Assembly: GCA_016185945.1 (NCBI GenBank)
Contig: JACPMR010000015.1
Span: forward strand, 217,543 to 281,542
Origin: Candidatus Woesearchaeota archaeon
Lineage (GTDB): Archaea; Nanobdellota; Nanobdellia; Woesearchaeales; GW2011-AR4
DNA: 64,000 nucleotides
Direction of reading: 5' to 3'
Position numbers and translations under genes: made by a program. The notes beneath the pieces were generated by a model, which saw only the letters and a list, made by a program, of their open reading frames with translations, searched no databases and had not been told where the DNA came from. Of this stretch, positions 1 through 9,043 are shown piece by piece (position 1 is the first letter of the stretch; every line of letters begins with the position of its first letter).

Positions 1-249
1 TGTTGTAGGCATCAGAATAACATCATATTTTAGCATTTCTTTTGCTATTTTTAATGGCGGCCCAGTACCATGCGATTCTGGAATTGGAACAAGAAGTAAT
101 TTCGATTTTTTGGTTATGTTTAATGAGTTTTTGTATAATGCATATCCAATTTTATACAATTTTTTGTCGGTTACAACCAAGCAGCTTTCATTTTTCTTTA
201 AATGCATGCATTGGCTGAGAATTATTTTACATGATTTGCCTATGGACAT
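1..249 (-). CDS. Aminopeptidase, M29 (aminopeptidase T-like) family, N-terminal part; runs off the window
   Basis: Hand translation from ATG at 249: MSIGKSCKIILSQCMHLKKNESCLVVTDKK...HGTGPPLKIAKEMLKYDVILMPTT. This matches the M29 N-terminal pattern (E-x-x-LVVTD, HG-x-x-PP, DVI). It abuts the stop of the upstream M29-like gene. Confidence 0.7.
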   Translation of the reverse strand, partial: MSIGKSCKIILSQCMHLKKNESCLVVTDKKLYKIGYALYKNSLNITKKSKLLLVPIPESHGTGPPLKIAKEMLKYDVILMPTT

Positions 250-250
250 T

Positions 251-2041
251 TTAAGCTACAAACTCTCCATCCTTTAAAATCCAGTGTACTTTGTCATTAT
301 CATCTTTTCCGTAAACATCAAGCTTTTGCCTTGGGGCATTGAACACAATGTCCATGTGGTATTCTGTGCTTCTGTCCGGCTCAAATCCAGAGCCAAGCGC
401 TATATGCATCATTTTTGCAATCTTTTCATTTACAATTAAATACCCACATAACCTTGCCTTTGGATTTGTGTTTATTGCAAACTCTCCAATTCTTTCAAAA
501 TTTTTCTTTTTCAAGTCAATGATTTCCTGAGGCAAGCTCTTATTTTTTCCTGCCTCAAGCAAAAGTTTCATAGCATCGCTTTTCCTTTTTTTTATTTTAT
601 CTATAATATCTTTTGGACCGTCAATTATCTTGTAACTATCTCCATAGCATTCAACAACAAGTGGATTTTTTTCATTTAATGGGTAGCTCTGGTCAACATG
701 AACGACAACATCGCCAACAAAGATTCCTTTCATGTATTCTGGAGTTGTAAATGCTTCTCCACCTGGAATGTTGCCCATGCAGCCTGCTTTTATCCCTGTC
801 ATTTTCAAGTATTCTTTGTTTATTTTCTCTTTTACATCTGTGTCTGAGCGCCTAACCCATCTTCTTGAGCCATCTGGCTTTACTAATCCAACTTCCAATT
901 TTGCAACATATTTTTCTTTTAGCTTACCTTCAGCATAGATAATATCGCACTTGTCCATAATGTCTTTTATTTTCTGGTTTCTTGCTCTTATATCAGCCCA
1001 GTCCACTAAATTGGTTTCGATAAAAATGTCTATGGGAATTGTTTCTGTAAAAGCGACCCTTGCAATCGGCTCTCTGTCGTCATATTTTGTCTGTGGATAG
1101 AAATCAAGCTTGTAAATCATCTGCCCTGGGGCAAGCCATCTGGTTTTCTTGTTTAATGATGGGTAGCCAATTACTTCTCCGAACAAATGTTTTCCAGGGT
1201 AGCCCTTTGGGCTTACTGAGAAGGACAAGTCAACTGGATTTATTCTGTCTAATTTTAATAGTTTTGACAGTCTTTTGTATTTTTTGAATGGCTCTTCATC
1301 AATTTCCTTGCAAAGTTCGCAGCCAAGCAAAGTTGCTCTCAAGTCAGATGTTATTTCGCTTTTTTCAAGCATAGAAGCTCTGAAAGTATAAGCACTCATT
1401 ATCGGCTCTGCAGTTTTCTCAGCAGTTTGTGTCATTGCCCAGATTATTGAATAGGAATCAAGGTAATCTTCCAAAGGATGCCCAAGCAAAGATTGGGCAG
1501 GTATCAGCGGAAAGCCAATACCCACCCTCTCACCTTTTTTTAGAGAATAAACATCACGCCATAGAATTTCCGCTGTTTGCATTAGTTCTTGCATTCTGTA
1601 TTCCTTGAACCATTCTGTGTGGAAAGGCAAGTTTAATGCGCCTTCGAAACTTTTTTCTTTAGCCTCTAGAACAAATTCCGGCTTTTTGAATAATTTCTTG
1701 AACTCTCCTTTTGCCTTTTTATCAGCCTCTTCAACAAAATCTTTCAAAGCATTGGTTTTTTCGCTGTCGATTCCATTTTCTAAATCTTCAAAAGCCCGCC
1801 ATACATCTTTTAATGCATCCAATCCTTCAGATCCCTTTTTTATTCCGACACAGCTTACATCCTTATCCAGCTCGTGCAAAGCCCTTGACAACGGCGCAAT
1901 GGAATAGAAGGCGTTTTTGTTGCTTATATCAAAAATAATGAAGAAGTTTTTGCCTTTTGTATTCTTTAATTGTTTTTTATAGTCTTCAGCGGCAGAATTA
2001 AATACATTTTCATTATATTTCATAAAAAATGGCAAACTCAA
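251..2041 (-). CDS. M29-like metallo-aminopeptidase with long N-terminal region
   Basis: 596 aa; C-terminal motifs NIPGGEAF, IGEFAINTN, NEKIAKMMHIALG and HMDIV resemble M29 metal-binding segments. Confidence 0.65.
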   Translation of the reverse strand: MSLPFFMKYNENVFNSAAEDYKKQLKNTKGKNFFIIFDISNKNAFYSIAPLSRALHELDKDVSCVGIKKGSEGLDALKDVWRAFEDLENGIDSEKTNALKDFVEEADKKAKGEFKKLFKKPEFVLEAKEKSFEGALNLPFHTEWFKEYRMQELMQTAEILWRDVYSLKKGERVGIGFPLIPAQSLLGHPLEDYLDSYSIIWAMTQTAEKTAEPIMSAYTFRASMLEKSEITSDLRATLLGCELCKEIDEEPFKKYKRLSKLLKLDRINPVDLSFSVSPKGYPGKHLFGEVIGYPSLNKKTRWLAPGQMIYKLDFYPQTKYDDREPIARVAFTETIPIDIFIETNLVDWADIRARNQKIKDIMDKCDIIYAEGKLKEKYVAKLEVGLVKPDGSRRWVRRSDTDVKEKINKEYLKMTGIKAGCMGNIPGGEAFTTPEYMKGIFVGDVVVHVDQSYPLNEKNPLVVECYGDSYKIIDGPKDIIDKIKKRKSDAMKLLLEAGKNKSLPQEIIDLKKKNFERIGEFAINTNPKARLCGYLIVNEKIAKMMHIALGSGFEPDRSTEYHMDIVFNAPRQKLDVYGKDDNDKVHWILKDGEFVA

Positions 2042-3108
2042 ACAATTAATAAATCTTTTGATGTTTTTGTCAATAAAATTGGCTTTTGTCTGAGTAAAAC
2101 AGTATCTTCTATCCTTATTCCGAATTTTCTTGGAAAATAAATGCCCGGCTCTATTGTAAAAACCATGCTGTCTTTTATTTTGTCCTTTGAGTTTAATGTC
2201 AAGTTCGGCATTTCGTGGATTTCAACTCCCAGGCCATGCCCAAGCCCATGGATGAAGCTGTTTTTGTATTTGCCTAGGTTTTTGACAACGTATTCATACA
2301 ATTTTGAGCATTTTTTGTTTTGTTTTGCTTGATTTATTGCATTTTTTTGTATATTTAGTAACATATTGTATATTTCTTTTTCTTTTTGGGTTGGCTTTCC
2401 AATATATATTGTTCTTGTAATATCGGAGCAGTATCCCTTGTATTTAACCCCAAAATCAATGACACAAAAGCCATGCTTAATTTTTCCATTAGACGGCTCA
2501 TGGTGAGGCATGCTCCCGTTGCTGCCAGATGCGACAATCGGGCTGAAAGCGAGCTCCAAGCCATTCTTTCTTGCTTCATGCTCAAGAAATGCAGCTGCCT
2601 CTGACTCTGTCTCGAAATGTTTGAAATTTTTTATTAATTTTTGAAGTATTTTGTCGGCATAACTGCAAGATTTTTTGATTAATTTAATCTCTTTTTCTGT
2701 CTTTATTTGCCTCAATTTAATGCAATCCAATGATATGTCTTTTGCCTTTATTTTTTTGAATTGTTTTTTGAAATGCCCGTAAGAATTCAATGTGAAATTG
2801 TTTTTGTCAATTGCAAGATTTTTTGATTTTAATTTATTTTTCTTAACAACTTTGTATATAGATGGAAAAAACCTCTTTTTTTCCATTGAATATACTTTCT
2901 TAATCATTGACCTCTTGGCTCTTTGATATTCCATTTCAGGCACAATCAGAAATGGATGATTGTTTTTTGGGATAACTAACGCCCCCATCCCTTTATAGCC
3001 GGAGAAATAAAATAAATTTGGATTGACTCTTGCAGAGTCCAAGTTGTAGAACACGGCAAAGTCGAGATTTTTTTCATCAAGAATTGCTTTAAACTCATTT
3101 ATCCTCAT
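2038..3108 (-). CDS. pepQ: Xaa-Pro aminopeptidase/prolidase (M24B)
   Basis: Motifs PHH, VIDFG, YCSDITRT, HGLGHGLGVEIHE, TIEPGIY, GIRIEDTV. ATG at 3108 preferred because the longer start overlaps the divergent gene. Confidence 0.9.
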   Translation of the reverse strand: MRINEFKAILDEKNLDFAVFYNLDSARVNPNLFYFSGYKGMGALVIPKNNHPFLIVPEMEYQRAKRSMIKKVYSMEKKRFFPSIYKVVKKNKLKSKNLAIDKNNFTLNSYGHFKKQFKKIKAKDISLDCIKLRQIKTEKEIKLIKKSCSYADKILQKLIKNFKHFETESEAAAFLEHEARKNGLELAFSPIVASGSNGSMPHHEPSNGKIKHGFCVIDFGVKYKGYCSDITRTIYIGKPTQKEKEIYNMLLNIQKNAINQAKQNKKCSKLYEYVVKNLGKYKNSFIHGLGHGLGVEIHEMPNLTLNSKDKIKDSMVFTIEPGIYFPRKFGIRIEDTVLLRQKPILLTKTSKDLLIV

Positions 3109-3153
3109 TTTATTGAAATATTTATATATATGATATAAATTTTTCTTTTTAAG

Positions 3154-4365
3154 ATGCAAAGATACACACTAAAAAATGGCGTAACCTTGATTTTTGAGAA
3201 AAATTCCTCCAAATCAGTTGCAGTTGAGGTTATGTTCAAGGTTGGCTCTAATTTTGAAAGCGGGAATATGGCTGGCATCTCGCATTTTCTTGAGCACATG
3301 CTTTTTGAGGGCACAAAGAACAGAAGAGATTCAAGAGAGATTGCAAATGAAATTGAGAAGTATGGCGGGGAGTTTAATGCCTATACTGCAGGGTATAGAA
3401 CTGCATTCTTCATTAAAATAATACATAAAAGGCTTGATGTTGCTTTGGACATTCTTTCTGATATGATTGCAAACCCGATTTTTGAAATAAAGATTATAGA
3501 AAAAGAAAAGCAAGTTATTTTGAAGGAGATAAACATGATTACTGATGACTCAAGATTGTACCAGTGGATTTTGTTCCACAAAACATTATTTGAGAGGCAT
3601 CCTGCAAAGAATCCAACAATCGGATATGCAAAGACAGTTAAAAGCTTTGACAGGAAGCATGTTGCTGACTATTATTTCTCGCATTATATCCCAAACAATA
3701 TGGTTATTTCTGTTGTTGGAAATGTGTCTAATGTGAAAGATAAAATACAGAGATATTTTGGGCATTTGAAGCCGAAAAAGTCGGTTACTAGAAAACAGAT
3801 AAAAGAGCCGCTGCAAACAAGAATTAAAAAATATGTAGAGAAGAAAAAAACCCTTAACTCTTACATGGTGCTTGGCTATAAAACTGTGCATAGATTGCAC
3901 AAAGACAGTTTTGTGTTTGATGTAATAGGTGCAATACTTGGCAGAGGGCAGTCCGGATGGATATTTGATGAAATCAGAAACAAAAGAGGACTTGCTTACC
4001 AGGTTGGAGTTAATAATGAGCATGAAATTGACTATGGTGCTTTTGCTGTTTATACAAATTTGGACAAAAAGAATATAGAAAAGGCAAAAGAGATTATATT
4101 GCGGCAGTTCAGGAGACTGGAGGATTTAAATGAAAAAGATTTGAACGAGGCAAAAACCTATATCGAGGGCAATCATGCTTTGGAAACAGAGGATAATTTC
4201 CATCATGCCGATAATCTTGCTTTCTGGGAAGCTATAAAGGATGCAAAGCTTGCTGACTCTTATCTGAAAAATATAAGGAAAGTTAGTGTTGAGGATGTTA
4301 AAAGAATTGCAAAGAAGTATTTGAACGATAAGTATACAATGGTGGTTATAGAGCAAGAGGGATAA
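3154..4365 (+). CDS. M16 family zinc peptidase (insulinase-like)
   Basis: Inverted zinc motif HFLEH (HxxEH), NAYT, and C-terminal EIRNKRGLAY. Confidence 0.92.
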   Translation: MQRYTLKNGVTLIFEKNSSKSVAVEVMFKVGSNFESGNMAGISHFLEHMLFEGTKNRRDSREIANEIEKYGGEFNAYTAGYRTAFFIKIIHKRLDVALDILSDMIANPIFEIKIIEKEKQVILKEINMITDDSRLYQWILFHKTLFERHPAKNPTIGYAKTVKSFDRKHVADYYFSHYIPNNMVISVVGNVSNVKDKIQRYFGHLKPKKSVTRKQIKEPLQTRIKKYVEKKKTLNSYMVLGYKTVHRLHKDSFVFDVIGAILGRGQSGWIFDEIRNKRGLAYQVGVNNEHEIDYGAFAVYTNLDKKNIEKAKEIILRQFRRLEDLNEKDLNEAKTYIEGNHALETEDNFHHADNLAFWEAIKDAKLADSYLKNIRKVSVEDVKRIAKKYLNDKYTMVVIEQEG

Positions 4366-4382
4366 GTTTATATAGATGTTAT

Positions 4383-4931
4383 TTGAAAGTTGTAAATGGA
4401 ATGTTTGAAGAAAGTAAAGATGAATCAGCTGTTGTTGAAGATTTTTTAAGCGCACTTAAAGATATTCCCAAAGAAAGGCATGATATACTTATTAAGATTT
4501 TTGATGGTGAATTTAAAAGACATCGCGAATGGGTAAAACAATACTTATTAGGAATTCAAAATAGTACAGAATTCAGCAATGCCATTATACATATTCTTGA
4601 TCAATCTATAACTATAGCATCAGACTTACAGTATCCGCATTCTGACACTAACAGGGCAGAAACATTGGGCAAAGTTTTAGGTTATATTGTTGGGATTGTA
4701 GAATTTGGTGTTACATCAACAAAATTTAATTTAATTGATTACTATAAAAATGAATTATTAAAGAAGTTGAGATTGATAATAACTGTTATAAGGAGGTCGC
4801 CATACGTATCTTCTATGACTTTTGGACATACATCAATAAGGATTAAAGCGTTAGCAAGCCATGTTGAGAGGGATAGTTTAACTGATATAAGAGAGCATTT
4901 TATTCATGCTATTGCTAATATTTTTTCTTAA
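4383..4931 (+). CDS. Hypothetical protein, AT-rich, no recognised family
   Basis: 182-codon ORF filling the gap between the M16 gene and the tyrS 3' end; helical-looking sequence; start uncertain (TTG 4383 or ATG 4401). Confidence 0.5.
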   Translation: MKVVNGMFEESKDESAVVEDFLSALKDIPKERHDILIKIFDGEFKRHREWVKQYLLGIQNSTEFSNAIIHILDQSITIASDLQYPHSDTNRAETLGKVLGYIVGIVEFGVTSTKFNLIDYYKNELLKKLRLIITVIRRSPYVSSMTFGHTSIRIKALASHVERDSLTDIREHFIHAIANIFS

Positions 4932-4934
4932 GCT

Positions 4935-6005
4935 TTATCTCGTCACCTCAAACCCTTTTATCGTCTCGTGCAGTTTCTTCAGTTTTTCATCTTTATTGAA
5001 TGCTTCCCTAACTGGATTTACCATTTCATTTATGTAGTAAGCAACTGCATTTTTCAAATCAGCAGGGTGAATTTTTCCTTCCCTGTAGAGTTTTTCAAGC
5101 TCAGCATAATTTTCTATCACTAAATCTCCTCCAAATTTTTCAGCTCTTTTAATTTCGATTGTATTGAATTTCTCAAAGACAAGGTATTTGGAATACTCAA
5201 GCATGGGATTCTCTTCAACAATCTTTGCCGGGCAAGGTGCTTTGCCAATTTTCCTGCTTATCTCCTCTTCTGAGTCGTTCATGAAAATAGCCCTGTCAGG
5301 ATTGGTTTTTGACATTTTCAATTTCAAAATCCTGTCTTCATCATGCTCTTTTGGCGGCTCTCCTAAGCCAACAAGCATATGGTGGCTTATAACTACTGGC
5401 TTCCAGAAGCCTAAGCTATGACCAAGCTCCCTTGCAAGAACATTAACTTTTCTCTGGTCCATGCCGAGCTGTGTGATGTCTGCTTTGAGATGAAAAATAT
5501 CAGCGCATTGCATGCAGGGATATAAAATTTGAGAAGCCTGCTGCATTTCTCCTTCTTTTCTGCCCATTATCTGTCCTGTTCTTATGATTCTTTGCACTGT
5601 TGAATGCCTTGCAACCTGCATTACCTTTTTCCAGTATTCTGGCTCCTTGACAAAATCGTTAGCCCACAGAAAATCTATATTTTTTAAGTCCATTCCGCAT
5701 TTGCGCCAGACTTCTATCAAGTATTTCCCCACTGTCTGTATTTTCTCCAAGTCGCCGCCCATCTTGTTGTTAGCCCATGCATGCCAGTCAGCAACGAGCA
5801 TCTTGAACTTGATTCCTGCCTTTATCATTTTGTTGATATTAATTGTTCTTAGAATTCCCTGTGCAATATGAATGTCGCCGCTTGGCTCGAACCCGTCATA
5901 AGCAATTGGGTGCTCTTTTGTTTTCAATAAATTGACTAGCTCTTCTTCTGTCAGAATTTCCTCTCCAACCTGCTTTATCAGCTCTAGCTTAGTTTCTATA
6001 TCCAT
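4935..6005 (-). CDS. tyrS: Tyrosine-tRNA ligase (archaeal type)
   Basis: YDGFEPSGDIHIAQG (HIGH-like), YPCMQCAD, GMDQRK, KMSKT (KMSKS-like). Confidence 0.97.
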   Translation of the reverse strand: MDIETKLELIKQVGEEILTEEELVNLLKTKEHPIAYDGFEPSGDIHIAQGILRTININKMIKAGIKFKMLVADWHAWANNKMGGDLEKIQTVGKYLIEVWRKCGMDLKNIDFLWANDFVKEPEYWKKVMQVARHSTVQRIIRTGQIMGRKEGEMQQASQILYPCMQCADIFHLKADITQLGMDQRKVNVLARELGHSLGFWKPVVISHHMLVGLGEPPKEHDEDRILKLKMSKTNPDRAIFMNDSEEEISRKIGKAPCPAKIVEENPMLEYSKYLVFEKFNTIEIKRAEKFGGDLVIENYAELEKLYREGKIHPADLKNAVAYYINEMVNPVREAFNKDEKLKKLHETIKGFEVTR

Positions 6006-6125
6006 AAAACAAGAAATTATGATGTTAATATTTAAAGTTTGTGAGAAAACAAATTCAATTTTAATTTTTTATTTCAATCAGTGACTTTCCAACAAAAACA
6101 GAGATTAAATCCTTTTAATTCAATC

Positions 6126-6257
6126 ACGTGGGCTTCCCTGTAGCTGCTTTTGTGATGAGGGAGCCACAGCCTCTTCTGCTTGCACTTGATTGTTGGCGAT
6201 AAAGTGCATCTGTAGTATGCGGGGCACCCATTTTAGTTAGTTGTGCTAATGGGTCGC
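6126..6257 (+). repeat. Three-hairpin structured intergenic element (copy A)
   Basis: Stems gcttccct/agggagc, tgcactt/aagtgca and acccatt/aatgggt. 6181-6257 aligns almost colinearly with 29563-29636. Confidence 0.7.
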
Positions 6258-6290
6258 TAGTTTTTTTGAATTATTTTATAATTAAATTGT

Positions 6291-6554
6291 TTAGGGTTTA
6301 TTCTCTTGCACTTTCTTTAAAACCATTTGGCTGGCTGCACCGACAGAAATGCCCAATATTTCCAAAGCAAAGAAAACAATCATGCTAAATGGCAAATTGC
6401 TTACATAAGTGGCAAATCCAGTAGTGCTTGAGACAGCATTTCCTGTAGGGATTATTGTGGCTGGGGCTCCATTGTCGCCATAGATAGGGAGCATGAAATA
6501 GACAAGTAAAGCAACTAGTGCTCCTATATAGGCGCCTTCTTTCATAATCTTCAT
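6291..6554 (-). CDS. Small membrane protein with two TM segments and a TGNAV motif
   Basis: Two hydrophobic segments flank IPTGNAV; TGx(A/V)V motifs are common in DPANN surface proteins. Confidence 0.55.
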   Translation of the reverse strand: MKIMKEGAYIGALVALLVYFMLPIYGDNGAPATIIPTGNAVSSTTGFATYVSNLPFSMIVFFALEILGISVGAASQMVLKKVQENKP

Positions 6555-6589
6555 CTTTTAAAGGTTATTAAAATAGTTTGCGGTTGTTG

Positions 6590-6730
6590 CTTGTGAGCGT
6601 GCTGTTGCATGCGATTGACATGGTGAGTGAGTCTCGTGACATAAGCGAGCGAAAGCGAGCTTTCGCATGCCACTCGAGCCTCACATGTCACTGCTCGCAT
6701 GCTCGCTTTCCATGTCACAAGCTCGCACGC
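6590..6730. repeat. GC-rich palindromic (REP/MITE-like) element
   Basis: Built from self-complementary words (gtgacat/atgtcac, gaaagcgagc/gctcgctttc, gcgtgc/gcacgc). 6684-6706 matches 22180-22202 at 22 of 23 nt. Confidence 0.75.
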
Positions 6731-6788
6731 ATATACCACTGGACATCTCTGGGCAAACTATATAAACATATGTCTTAATTATTTGCAT

Positions 6789-7640
6789 ATGATACTACCT
6801 GTATCTTTATTGTCAACCTATTTGTACTGCTCAAGAAAGCTGTTTCTGGAAGAGGTATTGCTTCTTGAGGAGCCGCCAAAGGAAAGCATTGTAATGGGGG
6901 CTATAAGGCATGAGACATATGACAATATAAACAAGAAAGAAGAGGAAATAGTAACTTCATTAACAAAGAGGATGCCTTTAGGAAGCATTCAAGCATTATA
7001 TAAACAAAAATACCTTCAAGTACTAAGAAAAGCTATAGCGAACAACAGGAAAAGGCTGGAAGCAGTAAATCTCAACATGCTGGATGTCTACAAGAAAAGC
7101 TTCCAGTTCATTATAGATGAATCAGATATGAGGGCAAGCCATGTATTCAGCTTTATGGAAGCTAATAAGGTATTTGGGCAGGAATTATGGCAGAGATTAA
7201 CACCAAAAATCATATCTGAATTAAGGGTAGAATCAAAGCAATTAAGGTTAAGGGGCATTATAGACCAAGTTCATATTTATGAAGAGAATTATGTGCCATT
7301 CGAGCTTAAGACAGGGAGAGTGCCTCAGGATGGAGTTTGGCCTTCCCACAGGGTTCAGATAGCTGCTTATTCCATGCTATTGCAGGAAAAATTCAATAAG
7401 AAAGTAAAAGAGGGTTATGTTGTCTACCTTGACACAAAAGAGAAAAGGCAAATAACAATAAACCCCTTCATGAGGGAAGAAGTAAATCAAATAGTTGACG
7501 AAATAATAGCTTTGCTTGAAAGCAAGGAACTGCCTGATTTCTGCAACAATGAAAACAAGTGCAGGAAATGCGGATTAAAGCAGACATGCTACAATGAAGA
7601 GGAAGTGAATAATTTATTGAAGATTAGGGCTTCAAGCTGA
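6789..7640 (+). CDS. Stand-alone Cas4-like PD-(D/E)XK nuclease with Fe-S cysteines
   Basis: N-terminal YCSRK, GIIDQV...ELKTG, QIAAY, C-terminal C-x6-CRKC-x5-C. ATG 6789 follows a tatataaa box; no array nearby. Confidence 0.85.
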   Translation: MILPVSLLSTYLYCSRKLFLEEVLLLEEPPKESIVMGAIRHETYDNINKKEEEIVTSLTKRMPLGSIQALYKQKYLQVLRKAIANNRKRLEAVNLNMLDVYKKSFQFIIDESDMRASHVFSFMEANKVFGQELWQRLTPKIISELRVESKQLRLRGIIDQVHIYEENYVPFELKTGRVPQDGVWPSHRVQIAAYSMLLQEKFNKKVKEGYVVYLDTKEKRQITINPFMREEVNQIVDEIIALLESKELPDFCNNENKCRKCGLKQTCYNEEEVNNLLKIRASS

Positions 7641-7669
7641 CAGCGTATTGGGAGTATGTTTAAGGAAAA

Positions 7670-7688
7670 TTCCGCAACATTTAAATAT
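7670..7688 (+). promoter_or_regulatory. BRE-TATA promoter of the PRC-barrel gene
   Basis: ttccgcaacatttaaatat; an identical 19-mer lies at 19788-19806. Confidence 0.7.
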
Positions 7689-7733
7689 AACTTGCCCTAC
7701 AATCTTTAAGTATTAACTGCAGAGGGAAGAAAA

Positions 7734-7997
7734 ATGCCTGAAGATGATAAGAAATTCTCAAAACAATTGATCGGAAAAACAGTTGTAAGCAAAACTGGAA
7801 AAAGATTTGGAGAGGTTGGTGATATGATATTTGAGACACGCTCTGGAGAGCTTATCCATATGGTGCTTCACAACCCAACTTCTTATACAGAAAAGCTGGA
7901 GCTTGAGAAGGACAAGGAAGGGCACATACTTATTCCTTTCAGCGCAGTGATTGCCATTGGAGATTTCATGGTTGTTGCTGAAGAAGATATTATATAA
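7734..7997 (+). CDS. PRC-barrel domain protein (CdpB-like, possibly cell division)
   Basis: LIGKTVVSKTGKRFGEVGDMIFE...IPFSAVIAIGDFMVV fits the PRC-barrel pattern. Confidence 0.85.
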   Translation: MPEDDKKFSKQLIGKTVVSKTGKRFGEVGDMIFETRSGELIHMVLHNPTSYTEKLELEKDKEGHILIPFSAVIAIGDFMVVAEEDII

Positions 7998-8040
7998 ACA
8001 TTTTTAAACGATATTTGCTTTCTCTTGAAAGGGGGTTAAA

Positions 8041-9003
8041 TTGCAAGACAATGCTCTATGGACTGAGAAGTATCGCCCAGGAGATTTCTCTGAAATCAAA
8101 GGGCAGAAGGAGATAGTAAAGAGGGTAAAGGCATTTGTAGAGCAGCAGAACTTGCCTCATTTGCTTTTTGCAGGGCCTGCGGGAGTTGGCAAAACAAGCT
8201 TGGCATTGGTAATAGCAAAAAAGCTCTTTAAGGATTTATGGAGGCAGAATTTTTTGGAGTTAAATGCAAGCGACGAAAGGGGCATTGATGTCGTCAGAAA
8301 CAAGGTAAAGGATTTTGCAAGGACAAGGGCAATTGGAGATGTGCCTTTCAAGATAATCTATCTTGATGAGTGCGATGCGCTGACCAGAGAGGCGCAGCAG
8401 GCATTGAGAAGGACAATGGAGAATTACACTCAAACATGCAGATTCATTCTTTCGGCAAATTACTCTTCAAAAATAATCGAGCCAATCCAAAGCAGATGTG
8501 TGGTTTTCAGGTTCAAGCCATTGGATAAGAAAGATGTTATGGAGATTATAGAAAAAATTGCAAAGGATGAAAAATTAAAGATAGACGAGAAAGCAAAAGA
8601 TGCATTATGGGAGATTTCTGAGGGCGACTGCAGGAGATTGGAAAACATTTTGCAAAGCTCTGCTGCAATAACAAGCCATATCACAGAAGACATAGCACAT
8701 TCAACGGCTTCAATAGCAAAGCCAAAAGAAGTGAAAGAAGTTTTGGAACTGGCGTTGAAAAACAAATTTATCGATGCAAGAAACAAATTACTGGACTTGA
8801 TGCTGAATTATGGCTTGGCAGGCATTGATGTGATAAAACAAATGCAGAAAGAGATTTTGGAATTAAATTTAGATAACAAATCCAAGATGATTCTGATGGA
8901 AAAATGCGGCGAGATAGAATTCAGGATGACAGAAGGCTCAGATGAGTTTGTGCAGTTAGAAGCTTTACTAAGCCAGTTTGCCTTGGTTGGAAACAACCAA
9001 TAA
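8041..9003 (+). CDS. rfcS: Replication factor C small subunit
   Basis: WTEKYRP, Walker A GPAGVGKT, LNASDERG, Walker B LDECD, SRC motif; no intein. Confidence 0.97.
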   Translation: MQDNALWTEKYRPGDFSEIKGQKEIVKRVKAFVEQQNLPHLLFAGPAGVGKTSLALVIAKKLFKDLWRQNFLELNASDERGIDVVRNKVKDFARTRAIGDVPFKIIYLDECDALTREAQQALRRTMENYTQTCRFILSANYSSKIIEPIQSRCVVFRFKPLDKKDVMEIIEKIAKDEKLKIDEKAKDALWEISEGDCRRLENILQSSAAITSHITEDIAHSTASIAKPKEVKEVLELALKNKFIDARNKLLDLMLNYGLAGIDVIKQMQKEILELNLDNKSKMILMEKCGEIEFRMTEGSDEFVQLEALLSQFALVGNNQ

Positions 9004-9043
9004 GCGGGTTAAGAATTTGTTTTAAAATAAATTGTAATATGAA

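Noticed and set aside
6551-6778. Short ORFs over the palindromic elements (also 22030-22343)
   Set aside because: They result from stop-poor palindromic sequence; the DNA structure explains the similarity better.
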